From assembly GCA_977016875.1 (NCBI GenBank), contig CDRNST010000342.1, forward strand, positions 1 through 64,000: 64,000 bases of DNA, written 5' to 3'. This stretch comes from Pavona decussata. Its lineage: Eukaryota. A program made the position numbers and the translations under genes. The notes below the pieces were generated by a model that was given only the letters and a program-made list of their open reading frames with translations, made no database searches and was not told where the DNA came from. Positions 49,282 to 61,357 of this stretch are shown here, piece after piece; positions within the stretch are counted from its first letter, which is position 1, and every line of letters begins with the position of its first letter.

Positions 49282-51341
49282 AACCAAATCGAACGTTCGA
49301 TTAATCGAACTTAATCGAACCCAATCTCGATTGAGTTCGATAATTGAACACAATCGAAACCTCACAAAAAAATTGGGCTAATCGAACCAAATCGAACGAT
49401 CGAATGGGTTCGATTAGTTCGGTAAGGTTCGATTGAGTTCGATGGGTTTCATTGAGTTCGTGGATTAGGTTTGATTTTGAATCAGTGAATATATATTTTT
49501 CTGGTTGGATTCCCGGGTCCGATTGTTAGTTGAAAATGATGTCCGGAGTATGAGAACACACACTGTTTTGGGGATGACTCCAGCCACAAAAATTGATTTA
49601 TTTTCCATTTTAACGAATCCATGCACCGGACAGTGTCATTCAACATTCAACACTGCCACGTAAAGCTTGTATTGGCCACGTGGATCTGGAAATAATGTGC
49701 AAGTCTTAAGCTGTTAAGCAATCTCCTATGTGCTGAGATTGCAGAGGTTTTTTTAGAAATCGTTACACGGTTAACAACTCTATTGTTGCTTTAATTGCTT
49801 TACTTGCAATTATGGCAGTTTCATTTATCTCACGTTATCTTGTGGATGTTGTGTTGAAGACCGCGTTCTTCGCAACTTGCATTGTCTTATAGTCCGTTGA
49901 GCGGAGTTGTATCAGTAAAGGATGTGCTTAATACAAATGGCAAGTTTTTATGATATGAAGAGTTTAGCAACAAATTTAACATTACCACAAATTATTTGCA
50001 CTACTTGCAACTAATTTCAGCCGTTCCATCCGAGTTGAAAAGGAGAGCAGCACAAACGTTTATACCTGCAGCTGATCTCTCTCCGACTTCCGCATCCGTT
50101 CCGTTAAGAAAAACTTTTTTTGATCTTGCTGAAGCGCGCTGTAAAAATTATTACCAGTTGTTCAATAATCACGGCTCCATTGTTCCAAGTGGAGTTAAAA
50201 AGTGGCAGGATAAATTCCCAGAAAAATTTGTTGATTGGTCAAATAAGTTTCAAGATATATACCGCTTTACTAAGGATAACAAACTCCGTCGATTTTGTTT
50301 TCGTTTTCTGCGTAGAATAACTGTAACGAGGAGAGAACTCAAACTATTTCATTTAGCAGATAACGATAAATGTATATATTGCTCTAGTGCTGATTCAAAA
50401 GAACACACCTTTATTGATTGCAGGGAGTCTGCATAACTTTACTCACAAATTATATCATGGTTCAGCCAGTGTCAAGGTACTACAATAACACTCGAATGAA
50501 AAAATTGTTTTTCATGATGTACATCATGTAACTGATGTGCTCTCGGACCCCGAAAGACGCAGGCTAGATTTGCTCATCATCTTGGTCAAACAATATATCT
50601 ACTCCTCTAAACACCTTCAGAAAGAATTGTCTTTAGATGAACTTGTAAACAAACTTACTATTCAATGGAAATTAGAAAAATGTGCTTAAATGGAATTTCT
50701 GCTCTCAATCGAAATGAATGATGTGATGCATTTTTTTTCTTAACTCTCATACTGTAAGGTAATGCATAGGCTCGATTTTGTAGTTTTTTGTTTCACTTCT
50801 TTTTGTTATCTTAACAATTTTTTTCTTCTCTTCTTTTCTTTTTCTCGATTACTTAGTTGTCTTTTTTTTTCTCTTTTAACTTAACAGAAAGTACTTTGTA
50901 AAATTCAAATACTTTATATGTGCAAGTAATTTATATAAGTGTAAGCAACCTAAGTGTATTTGCGTATTTAAATAAAGCGTGTGAAAAAAAAAATAGTCCG
51001 TTGAACTTATATCATTTTCGATTTTACAATAAACTCACTGTGTTTTTTATTCCCAAAGGTTATTTCAATAAAGTGATTATCAATTATTGCTTTTTAAAAT
51101 TTTTACTTACTTACGTATGCTAAAACGGTCCCGCCGCTGAACTGGCATATTTTTAGTGATTTTTATATCATTCGATTAGGTTCGATTTGGTTCGGAAATC
51201 GAACTCAATCGAACTCTCACACAAATTTTTTGGTTCGATTGTGTTCGATTTCCGAACTAATCGAACCCAATCGTTCGATTAAGTCCGATTGGGTTCGATG
51301 ATTAAGTTCGATTACCGAACTGTTCGATTAGTTACGTCGGG
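49282..51341. mobile_element. TIR element with TTCGA-rich subterminal repeats inserted into the Penelope remnant
   Basis: Right end GTTACGTCGGG is complementary to the CCCGACGTAAC left ends at 26358 and 30321. About 47 bp of host sequence is duplicated around it. Confidence 0.7.
49901..50992 (+). mobile_element. 5'-truncated LINE (L1/Tx1-like C-terminal zinc finger) with poly(A) and 12-bp TSD
   Basis: KCIYC...DSKEHTFIDC; AATAAA at 50971; A-tail; ATAGTCCGTTGA at 49889-49900 and 50993-51004. Confidence 0.88.
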
Positions 51342-51950
51342 CTTCAGAATCACTTTGTCAAGGGCACATGGGGTCACATGTCCCCGACCAAAAATTCAAA
51401 ACTGACACCAGCTCGATCCGTAAGAAAGCAGAACAGGCTCTTGAGAGCGCTGGCGCGTAGAAAGACTTACGATTAAGATCAGAAAGCTCGAACAGGCGAA
51501 ACATCGTCGAGAAGAAATTGTATTAATAGAAAGCAGTCTTTCATCAAGGCAGACCCTACAAGGCAGCTCATTCCAATTCAATGAAAAAGAGTATCTACAA
51601 AACTCAGTGGAACAGCCATGGGAACAAAATACAGACAGAGCGACAACAAACCGCTTGTGTGGAAAAGGTTTATTGATGATGTGTTCTCGCTATGGAACAT
51701 AAGCGTACACGAAATAGAAGAATTTATTCATATAAGGCAAACAGCTTCAATCAAACAATCAAGTTTACATTCTTGGACACAAAAGTGTACCAAGGTGACA
51801 GATTTCACAAGGAATCTATGCTTGACGTGCAAACGTACTACAAACCCACGGAGACCTTTCAATACACGAATTTCTATTCGTGTCACCCACCAGGCGTCAC
51901 GAAAGGATTTATCTAGGGGGAAACTTTTTAAAGGCTTCTGAGAACAAATT
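51341..51950 (+). mobile_element. Penelope-like RT fragment (third copy; 5' part at 48890-49281)
   Basis: GTAMGTK, WKRFIDDVFSLWN, FLDTKVY and KPTETFQYTNFYSCHPPG motifs. Confidence 0.82.
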
Positions 51951-54123
51951 TCTCTCATTTCCTCTCTCGATGATTCGGGATTCCCGAAAAAGATCACAAA
52001 AGTTTTTGTTCGTTCATTTCGACCAAGATCTGACAAGTAATAAAAATGTTCATGTTTCGCATTCGTTCTAACCGGAAGGCCTGAAACTCGGGTTACATTC
52101 TTTCGAATGTTTTCACATTTACAATGCAAATGACTTGGCTGTCAAGATGATTGACAGGTCAGAGTGGTGTTATCAAAACATCTATTGTTTCCAGACAGCT
52201 AAGATGGAGGGGATTCCCCCAATAGTTAACGAGTCCTTGTGATTACAAGAAGCAGAGGATTATGGGCGATTTAGCTGCAGTTTTATACGGCGGATGTGTG
52301 GATCATTTAACCACATCTTAACAACATCAGCCTTGCAACTAAAATTTACCAAAAAGTCGGTAGAGAAGCGCTTTAATGCGGCTTGAGGTAGACAACGAAG
52401 ATAATGTCTTGAGGCAGCAAAATAATAACCAACACAAACATCACTGTCAGTGTCCATTCCTGAACGAAGCCAGAATAATAACAGAATCTTGACTACAGTA
52501 TGGAACGGAGTTGCAGCTACGAACTACGGAACAAGCAAAGATATTGCAGCAGCCAAGTAAGTTCACTTGAGGGAAAACAATTTGGAAGATTGTGGTTTCT
52601 TTCTTGCAATCTTGGTCAAAACAGACACCGCATTCAAAGCTTCGCGTTCGTATATAGCGGACCGCTTTCGTCCACTGATGATGAACATCATTAACTACGA
52701 TCTGTTTCAGTACTTTGCCTGTGAAGAACCACTGATCGGCACTGAATTCACTGAAAGTTAAAGAAGGATTTAATACTCACTATCATAGACTTTCACTGTC
52801 CGTTAAAGAAACCGTTCATTCGTGCAGTCGAAACACAGCCATTATATTGTTAACAAACTGGTCTAAAAATTACTTGAAACATTCTACAGATGATCTGCTC
52901 TTTAGCCAGCGATTAATTTTCAGGAGGTTTGTTTAACAGTTACCAAAAATGTGCAGTGTCTGTATAGTAATAATTAAATTAATAATAAGTGACAGCGAAG
53001 CCTTTGCATGCCTTCGCACAATTTTACTATATGTGCATTGCCAAGTCAATTTGGCCTGGCTCTTTATTCATCCAGCTATGAGGCAAGATATACACACAAC
53101 TCACTCTTTTCGAAAAGCGACAGAGTACAATTTTTCAGAACAAATTATTCAGCTTTTTAAAACGCAAAATCAGCTACGATATTTACAATTTTCCATCCTT
53201 GTTTTATTCTTTCTTATCGTAAAAGTCCACTGTAACTGCTGTGAGACTTCAAGGATCATCAAAGGAATACAGCACAAGCCAAAACAGACGTCTTCAGTAA
53301 TTAAAGGTCTTCAATTCTTCCGCAATCTAGAACAGCTGAAAAGGAGCAATAAAAATCACACTGATGAGCAAAGGTTGACGTGATTTTGAATTTCACTATC
53401 TTACGCAGCTCGCCGAACGAGTTTGTCTCGCGATATCATAATTTCTCGACGTTATGATATTGCTTTCTACACCGGCAAACAGTAATATAATAATAATGAC
53501 CGTTTATTATTCGCAATTGCGGTTAAAAAATGAATTACAGGGATAAAATACAAGCTTAAAATGTTAACACTTTTATAATACGAGTGGGAAAACAGGAAAC
53601 GATCAGAGTTATATTAATGGCATCATGGACAGACTCGTCAAAACAAAAAAGAGGTCGAAAGGGCACAATCCTACTACAGGTTCAAAGTTTCTAACAATGT
53701 GGTTTTCAGTTTCATAAGACTTCATAAATACTACCCTAACGAGGAAAAACTGCATACAACGTTCACACCCCTCCGTGAACTTGTATCAACAGACCGCTAA
53801 ATATCCGAAAACAATAACTATCCCTTGTCAAAGAAGAATTAGTTTGCATGGAAAAAACCTGTGGCTACAATCTATTTGTTTAAGTGGCCAGTCTTGATGC
53901 TGGCGTTCCTGGTTAGAAGATAGTACGGATCCTGAAAGCGTCAACCCCTAAATTAAACGCGCATTTTTGCTTTTTCTTGATTCCAGAATCTGAAAACGCT
54001 AATAAACGCAATTAGAGTATGAAAGAACAAACCACTTTCTGAACTAATCGATTTTCTTTTACCCCGAGTATTCTTTAACATTTTATCGAAAAGTATATCA
54101 AATCTTTAACTTACTTTTTTTTA

Positions 54124-54282
54124 TCAGAACCTCTCATCATGTTCCTCTGGTTCCTTCTTTCCCCGTTTGCCTCTCTTCGCTGCAACTTTCTTCTCCCACA
54201 TCTTTACACATAACAAGGTTATCATCGCTCCAATCACGGCACCAAACACTAGACTCGCTAAAAATTTGCCTGATGGTAACAT
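54124..54282 (-). CDS. HDERF-family subfamily A copy 5 (52 aa)
   Basis: MLPSGKFLASLVFGAVIGAMITLLCVKMWEKKVAAKRGKRGKKEPEEHDERF. GTAAGT 9 nt after the stop. Confidence 0.7.
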   Translation of the reverse strand: MLPSGKFLASLVFGAVIGAMITLLCVKMWEKKVAAKRGKRGKKEPEEHDERF

Positions 54283-54405
54283 TTTATCGCCACAGTTAAA
54301 CAGATGTCACTTGGTGAAGAACGTAGCGACTTGTGTCAGTGAGTGGTTACCGCTGGGAAAAACGGCTCAGTTAAGCGCTCCGGTACATTGACTCAATGAA
54401 CAACA

Positions 54406-54593
54406 ATAGGACATTTTCAGTATGGCGTCATTTGATTACAACTACCAGAATCCTTCAGTTTTTTGTTTTCTCAAGCTAATTAGAGCTATTGTTCTTTTCT
54501 CTCCACTGGGATTAAAAAATTTGAATTTGAAAAGGAAAACGAAATGAATTCTGGTAGTTGTAGTCAAATGACGCCATCATGAAAATGGCCTAT
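54406..54593. mobile_element. 188-bp MITE
   Basis: ATAGGACATTTTCA..TGGCGTCATTTGA / TCAAATGACGCCA..TGAAAATGGCCTAT inverted ends; empty paralogous site near 1440. Confidence 0.85.
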
Positions 54594-57500
54594 TAACAAC
54601 TCTACACCACCCACAGTTCTCATAGCGATCCGATACTACGTGGTAGAATGCGGATTTGTTGTCATAGCGATCTGCTGTCGACCGGAATAGCTACTCCACC
54701 TGATAAGTTCTCATAGCGATCTGCTGTCGACACAAGACGGAGGAAAAAAGGTCCCGCAAGCGATGTCACGTTATCAAAGGGTTTTTCATTTCATCGATGT
54801 CAGCACCTTCAGTTATATAGCTAATTGCATTGCCTCGATCACCGCCTCAGGGTACGGGGCTGTCAGTAAATGAGAAATCTGAGCCAGAGAGAAAGTGGTG
54901 CAGAAAGGCCACCTCCCAAGAGGAAATGAATAAATGATTGGTCATGACTAGACATTCCTCAGTTTCAGCAACCGAAACCCAACCTTGCCTCCCTGGCCTG
55001 ATCAAACATTTTCAGCACACAATGTATAGGCAAACAAGGATGACGTAGAATTTGTGAGTAGAGCAGGTGCTAATATGCAGGTAATGGACCACTTTGGATG
55101 CATCAAAGTTAAAAAAAACTCATTCAAAAACCATGTTAGGTGGGGGGAAAGTCATTATAAATATTGCAAAGGCTTACTTGAACATTTTTTGAAGATATTT
55201 GAAACTGCCCTACACGTTTGCCTGCAACTTCCCCCAATGTTTATAACAATGACTCAGCACACCAAAAGGGTAGAGGGAGGGTAGGGTAGGGGAGAACCCA
55301 GATTCCGAGATATATTGTATTTTAATTTATGTAATCTTTACTGAGGAAACCAACATCACTAGAAGTGATTTAAAGATTCCTCTTAAACGACTAAATCGAT
55401 GAAAAAGACGAAAATTAAGAGTATATTGGAAATCACATTTGGAAATTAAAAAAAAAAAGACTAAAATTCATACCTAGGGTGGATAAGATGCCTCGTTTTA
55501 GAGACACCATGCTTAAAAATGGTTAGAGAGGACACTTCCCTGACTGAGGAATAAAGGGAATATTTGTTTACAAATAGGATTTTATGTCTTCAATCCGATC
55601 TGTTGTTTGTCTTTTTATTCAGTACTGAAGTTTCTTTAGGAATTTTGTTGTATTGTGTGACATAATGTCACGATACCAGGGTCACGGGCTGGGGCCCTGA
55701 CAATCTATATTGTACCACCCTCTAGCGTTCATGACCTTTGCACCAAGACACGCACCACGTTCGTCAGTGGATTACTTCTGAACGAATTCAGCCGCCTTTT
55801 ATTTTTCCCACCCGCCCTGTGGCCCTGTCCTCTTTTCCTAGTCCTGTGTTTTGGTTGCCCTCACCTTTACTGGGCAAAATCATTAATAGTTAATTCAGGA
55901 CAGTAGTAGTCCTTTCGCTGATGTTGTAATGAGGTGGCTATGGGCCTTTGTTCATAGCCATACATTAGTTCAATTTATATAAAAAATAAAAGGGGCTATG
56001 AGACTTTTGCTCATAGCCATTTTCACCAAATCATGGTTTGTTTTGTTATCCTTTGCCCAGCAAACTGAGCCCGGGACATGCAGCACACAGCAATAATATT
56101 TATGTTAGTAGGGGTGAAGACATAAAGTGAATTCCTGTCGTTTGCAGCAAAGTTTATGGAAGACCAATAACCCATCTACTGTTCCTTTTATTACAGCATT
56201 TCACTGAAATCCAAATGTTCAAACAAACATGTGAGGATAGATATCTTTGAGGAAACATCTAACATAAGCCAATAATCTTCACCATTGGTCATGATGTCGT
56301 GAAGGAAATATTGTTTTTTTAAACTCATGCAATTTCTTATTCAAGCTTACACATCTGATCCCAGTTGTTCAAAAAGCGGAAAACTCTATCCAGTGGATAA
56401 CTCGCTATCCAGTAGATTAAATTCTACTCCAACCAATACATTTTATCCGTTCTTTGAACGACCGGGGCCTGATCATTCGAGAAGAACCCACTATGGTTTG
56501 AGCAGGTCTCGGCATTGCTGAACACAGCATTCGGTTTTTCTTTTTCTCAGCAAACACAGCTTGTGAATCTTCTTCAGTTGTTCTTCCAACCTGATACAAA
56601 AATGAAGCAAGATTTTCGCACAGCCCCAAACATTAATTAAGCCTATACATTTGCGACTTAAACTCTTTTGGAAGAACTTTTGGAACTCTTTAATTTAAGT
56701 AGCTAGGGGACCCCAGGGAGATGGAGTATGCAGAAGTTTTAATCTGATTAATGTGTGATGTGTGCGGCTGTGCCGAAATCTTTCCCGAAATGAATATACA
56801 AGATGCTGATCTGATGGACTTAAATTAGTAAACAAATGTTTCGAGAAAAATGCTGAACTCACATCTTTAGAACTTTGGTAACAGCTTCCGCGTCTGCTTC
56901 CGAATTTTGTTTTTAGTGAACAACCCGCTGATTCACTTGCAGGCACACCACCCAAGAAAGGTGTGAAACGGCTGTCTGATCCCGCTCGTATTTCAACGGC
57001 TCTCTTTGATCTTCTTGTCTTTGTTCTCGTCCTCTGCCGTTCCTGTTTCCTTTCTGTAACATATCTGTCTACATCCTTAAAGTTCACTTCATTTCCTTAT
57101 GTTCAGTCATCATCAATAGCAGATTTAGGACTGGGTCAAAGTACAAGGGGTCACTACCTTAATGAACCTTCTGAAAAAATTTGCTTGACCCAGAGGATTT
57201 AAACTATTAATTCTGAAACATTTTAATGCAAGGCCTTAGATCTCTACTTATCTTTTCAGATCACTCACCCCAGAAACTATGAAGAGTATGGCGAGGGAAA
57301 GGGATAATTAATAATTTGAGGGGGAGGGGGGGGGGGGGGGAGACAAAGAAACCTTAAAAACGAGCAAGAGAGGATGAAGCGAGGCATTCAGTGGAGGAAC
57401 CTTGTTTATAACACAATTGTCTCTAAGAAGAACTACGTTTACAATGAAAAATACCAAACAAAGTATTTATTAATCGACCTTTTTTTATTTTTTATTTATT

Positions 57501-59032
57501 TATTTTATTTTAATTTTATTCATCGACATGATGTCCCTCAGGCTGCCCAAACGATTCCATAATCCCCCAATGGTACCAGTCTCTCTGAAGTTCCTGGTAA
57601 GAGGAATTCATTTTACTCTCGTGGAGAGTGGTTTTCGTTTATTTTTCCAAAAAATTATTCCAAATTCTGGCAAATGTAAACAAAACAGACGTGCAATCTA
57701 AAATCTCTTAGCAAACACATGTAGCCCGTCTGCACTTTGTAAAGAATTGATTAAGAGGAGGGGGTAGATTCAACGCCGAGGCCGGGGGGCGTTCACTTGA
57801 GAAAGAGACCTTTTTAGGAACAGTAACTGCAGCAATCAAGTACGTACACTCGGCCTCATTCAAGAAATGATTCTGATGATTAACAAAAATCTATTCATGC
57901 TAAGTGGTATTTGCAGTTACCGAAACAGAAAATGGGTCTTGAATATCGTGTACCAGCAAAGGTTTTCAGGTACGCCTTACCAACGTTATTCAGAACCAGA
58001 TGTGTAGAGACGTTTATTCACATTCTGGAATACTGTCAATCGAGCGCGACCTAACTAAACGTTTGCTTAATTTGTTTATATTGATATTTTAATTGGTTGT
58101 TTTTAGCTCTATGTGATTAAGTATTCATGCAAGAATCCATGCAATTCATACAATGATTACTAGAACTTTATCATAAGTGGTTTTTAGAGTTACCGAAGTT
58201 ATTTAAAAACAGAAATGAATTATTCTAGAATACGGTCAATCGAGAGCGACCTAAGTAAAGGTTTGACAAAGACTTTACATTAATTTGTATATTGATGTTT
58301 GAATGAGCTCTATATGATTAGGCTGAAAGGGGCCTGGTTGTACAATAGAGGTGCGTACACAGTGGGGGCATGCACTTATTTTCTCGTGTACCCTCACTGG
58401 AATACTAGGGAAGCTTAGTAGTAAAAACACCACAAAGTAGGGCTGCTTAACAGAGAAGTGGTGAAACTCGACAAATTTGGTTTTGGTTTTATTTTTACAA
58501 CAGCGCTAGCACAACACGTTCAATTGTTATCCATGACCATTTCTATTCGACAGTTTGAGCACAGTTTATATGTCAAACAGAGCTTAAGTGCCGTGGCATC
58601 TCTGCAGGAACATTCCAGTCCTATGACAAAGGCAGAGTGAACCACCAAGCTCTGCCTGGATCAACCTTGGATCCAAGCTTTTGGGATCAAACTGCCAGAA
58701 CAAGAATTTCTTCAAATGTCCTTTTTGCCGAGTGTATGCCTGACCAGTCTAAGACAACAATTGAAGATTGCAAAATAACTGAATTTATCGATCAAACATG
58801 AAGTCAATATACATAGAGCAGTAGCGTGAAAGTCTAGAAGCACATGTAAGGTTGGTAGAAAGACTGTATCCTGAAAACATGTTGACACTAACTTCTGAAA
58901 CACAGGCTGAATTGATCAAACAAGAAGTCAATTGCCCAAAACAGTAGTGTAAAAGTCTAGCAGCACATATAAGAATGGTTGAAAGCTTGTATCTTGAAAA
59001 GATGCTGACACTGACTTCTCGGAAGCACAGGC

Positions 59033-59120
59033 TCATAAGTTGTCAAGAACCATGGCTGGAAAAACCTTGCCTCCTCCACAAAGAAATCCATGTGTCAGGC
59101 GATGCAGAGGTACAAATGTT
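59033..59120 (-). CDS. Terminal coding exon of an unidentified gene
   Basis: Acceptor TTCTCTGTCCTTAG, phase 2 matching the upstream exon; (R)TFVPLHRLTHGFLCGGGKVFPAMVLDNL*. Confidence 0.55.
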
Positions 59121-59776
59121 CTAAGGACAGAGAACACTGGATATCATTCTTTGTTCATTGAGTNNNNNNNNNNNNNNNNNNNNNNNNNNNNNNNNNNNNN
59201 NNNNNNNNNNNNNNNNNNNNNNNNNNNNNNNNNNNNNNNNNNNNNNNNNNNNNNNNNNNNNNNNNNNNNNNNNNNNNNNNNNNNNNNNNNNNNNNNNNNN
59301 NNNNNNNNNNNNNNNNNNNNNNNNNNNNNNNNNNNNNNNNNNNNNNNNNNNNNNNNNNNNNNNNNNNNNNNNNNNNNNNNNNNNNNNNNNNNNNNNNNNN
59401 NNNNNNNNNNNNNNNNNNNNNNNNNNNNNNNNNNNNNNNNNNNNNNNNNNNNNNNNNNNNNNNNNNNNNNNNNNNNNNNNNNNNNNNNNNNNNNNNNNNN
59501 NNNNNNNNNNNNNNNNNCTGTGTTTGTATATTTGTCTTTGTACACATACGGGTACCCCATAAAAGGTAAAAGAAGTTTGGCACTAGGCCCCTCCGTACAA
59601 CTTAAGACCAAACATGTAATTAATTACAGGCAATTGTCAATAAAGAAGGAAAAAACTGAACCGTGTTATTAGATTTCAAACACAACTGAAGAGAAAATGG
59701 GAAGAAACAAAAAGAGAAGAGAAAGGGCAGGAAAAAGAAGGGAAGACAAGAGACGATACTTCTGTTTGTATCTCAC

Positions 59777-59898
59777 CTGTCCGAAGGGTCCATCTTCTCA
59801 ATGAGTGGCAAGAGTTTTTCGCCAGCAAGTTCTTTTATGTTCAACTGGAAACACAGCAACTGAGCTTCGTGATGGAGGCAAATAAGCTCGTGAAGTTC
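59777..59898 (-). CDS. Internal coding exon of an unidentified gene
   Basis: Acceptor ...GTATTTCGCAG and donor CAG|GTGAGA; ELHELICLHHEAQLLCFQLNIKELAGEKLLPLIEKMDPSD; phase 0 to 2. Confidence 0.65.
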
Positions 59899-60226
59899 CT
59901 GCGAAATACAACGGCAAGAAAGATGAAACAATTACCATTAACAAACGGGGAAGTTTCCCCGATTTTCCGTTTACTTCTCTTGAAAATGTTGTTCTGTAAA
60001 ACAAAGTTTCTATACTCAATTGGTTGCCTTTCGCAAAGAAAAACAAACAAACAAACAAAGTTTTGAAATTTTACCAAAAACATCCTAATGGTCGCACATT
60101 TTTTAGATGGAACCACTTTTTAAACTCTCATGAGTTGAACTTCGCTGGTAATTCACGACCACTAAACTCCCTCTCTGTAAAAATCATGATTTTTAGGCTC
60201 AGCCGTATCTTTGTTTTTCCACTAAC

Positions 60227-60444
60227 CTTAAGAGAGGAGTAAGTGAACTCCACCATACCACAATGCCGGCTCATATCCTTACATGACCCGATTATTTCAG
60301 TTTCATAAGGCAACCAACTGGAGAGAAGCACACAGCTTTCCTTGCGAATGGACTCGTCTTGATCTCCCGAGGCATCTTGTGGGCAGTCCTGGTCAACCAA
60401 ATTGCAGTTTCCGCAAGGACAGCGTTTGGAAAGCTGCTCCTCCG
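60227..60444 (-). CDS. Internal coding exon of an unidentified gene
   Basis: Acceptor CTTTCTTCTATCTCCTACAG and donor AAG|GTTAGT; EEQLSKRCPCGNC...GMVEFTYSSLK; phase 1 to 0, in frame with the next exon. Confidence 0.65.
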
Positions 60445-61219
60445 CTGTAGGAGATAGAAGAAAGCAACTCATGCTCAATATAAACACACTTCTTAACAAG
60501 GACAATATCTTAACTTGCCCCTAAAAGCATCTGCGTATAAGAGTTATAACACCCAAATGAATTCCTCGAACCGATAGTGGAATTACTTCAGAAAAACAAA
60601 ACAGTTCGACTGCCGAAACATCAAGTTAACTTCTTAGTGCTAAAAAGATTATATAGACTATGGTCTGGTTTTTACTACCGACTCGATCACTCAATCTCAA
60701 GCCAAATCATAACCGAAGGAAAGCTTTCTCTTTTTGTCCAGGCTCGTAGGCTGAGGTGCGGTGAGGAAGGTGATGGAAACCGGAGCGATGAATATGAGCT
60801 TATCAATATCAAAGTGGTATCTCATTCTTGTCTTTCATTCCTAAGGCAGAAAACTCCAAAGGCCAGCTGTTTATGCATACATTTTTTCCGTTTTTGTATT
60901 ATCATTTTTTTTTTGCACCTTTTAATGCAACTTTTGTTTCAGTTAAGTGACAGTTTCAAATCGTCTGTGTAAACTAGAGGCGATTTCAGTGTAATATGTG
61001 TCTGCAGTATTGCAGGGATTTAAACTTGATGCAAACTTGCAGGGTTTCTCAGAATATGTACTACGGTATTCCGTTGAAATCGCAGCTAGTTTGCGGATGC
61101 AATCTGCATGGAGTCGCTGCCTCGCGTGACAAAAAATTGTAGTACTGGGTTCAGACAAACGTTGTATCGCTCATGTCAAAGGAGCCTCAAGGTACCCCTT
61201 ATACATCTTGGAACTGAGT

Positions 61220-61357
61220 TTAATGTTTCAAGGACCCAGTCACTGCATATCCCTGTCTTCTTCGTTTTTCTCTTTCTTCAGCTTCCCACAACTTTAAACT
61301 CAGCACTGCGATTATTCCACCGAAGACAAAAAATACTAACTCGTCCGATGGAAACAT
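61220..61357 (-). pseudogene. HDERF-family subfamily D copy 2, C-terminally truncated (45 aa)
   Basis: MFPSDELVFFVFGGIIAVLSLKLWEAEEREKRRRQGYAVTGSLKH*; 12-nt in-frame deletion; tail and donor lost; TATAAAA at 61434-61440 on the minus strand. Confidence 0.7.

Larger units (their letters stand above)
38990..54850. repeat. Further duplication-unit copy expanded by nested insertions
   Basis: Same module order as units 1 and 2, interrupted by DIRS, TIR and LINE insertions, ending with A copy 5. Confidence 0.9.

Noticed and set aside
53352-53387. AAAATCAC-ACTGATGAG...GTGATTTT stem resembling a hammerhead or C/D box RNA
   Set aside because: It lacks the GAAA core and a D box, and the pairing is not kept in the paralogs at ~9990 and ~18010.
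59040-59672. Long ORFs spanning N runs (also at 2214 and 32979)
   Set aside because: Artefacts of translating assembly gaps.
60128-60505. Apparent signal-peptide protein MSLLRSVFILSMSCFLLSPTA...
   Set aside because: The hydrophobic start is a translated intron polypyrimidine tract; the supported exon is 60227-60444.
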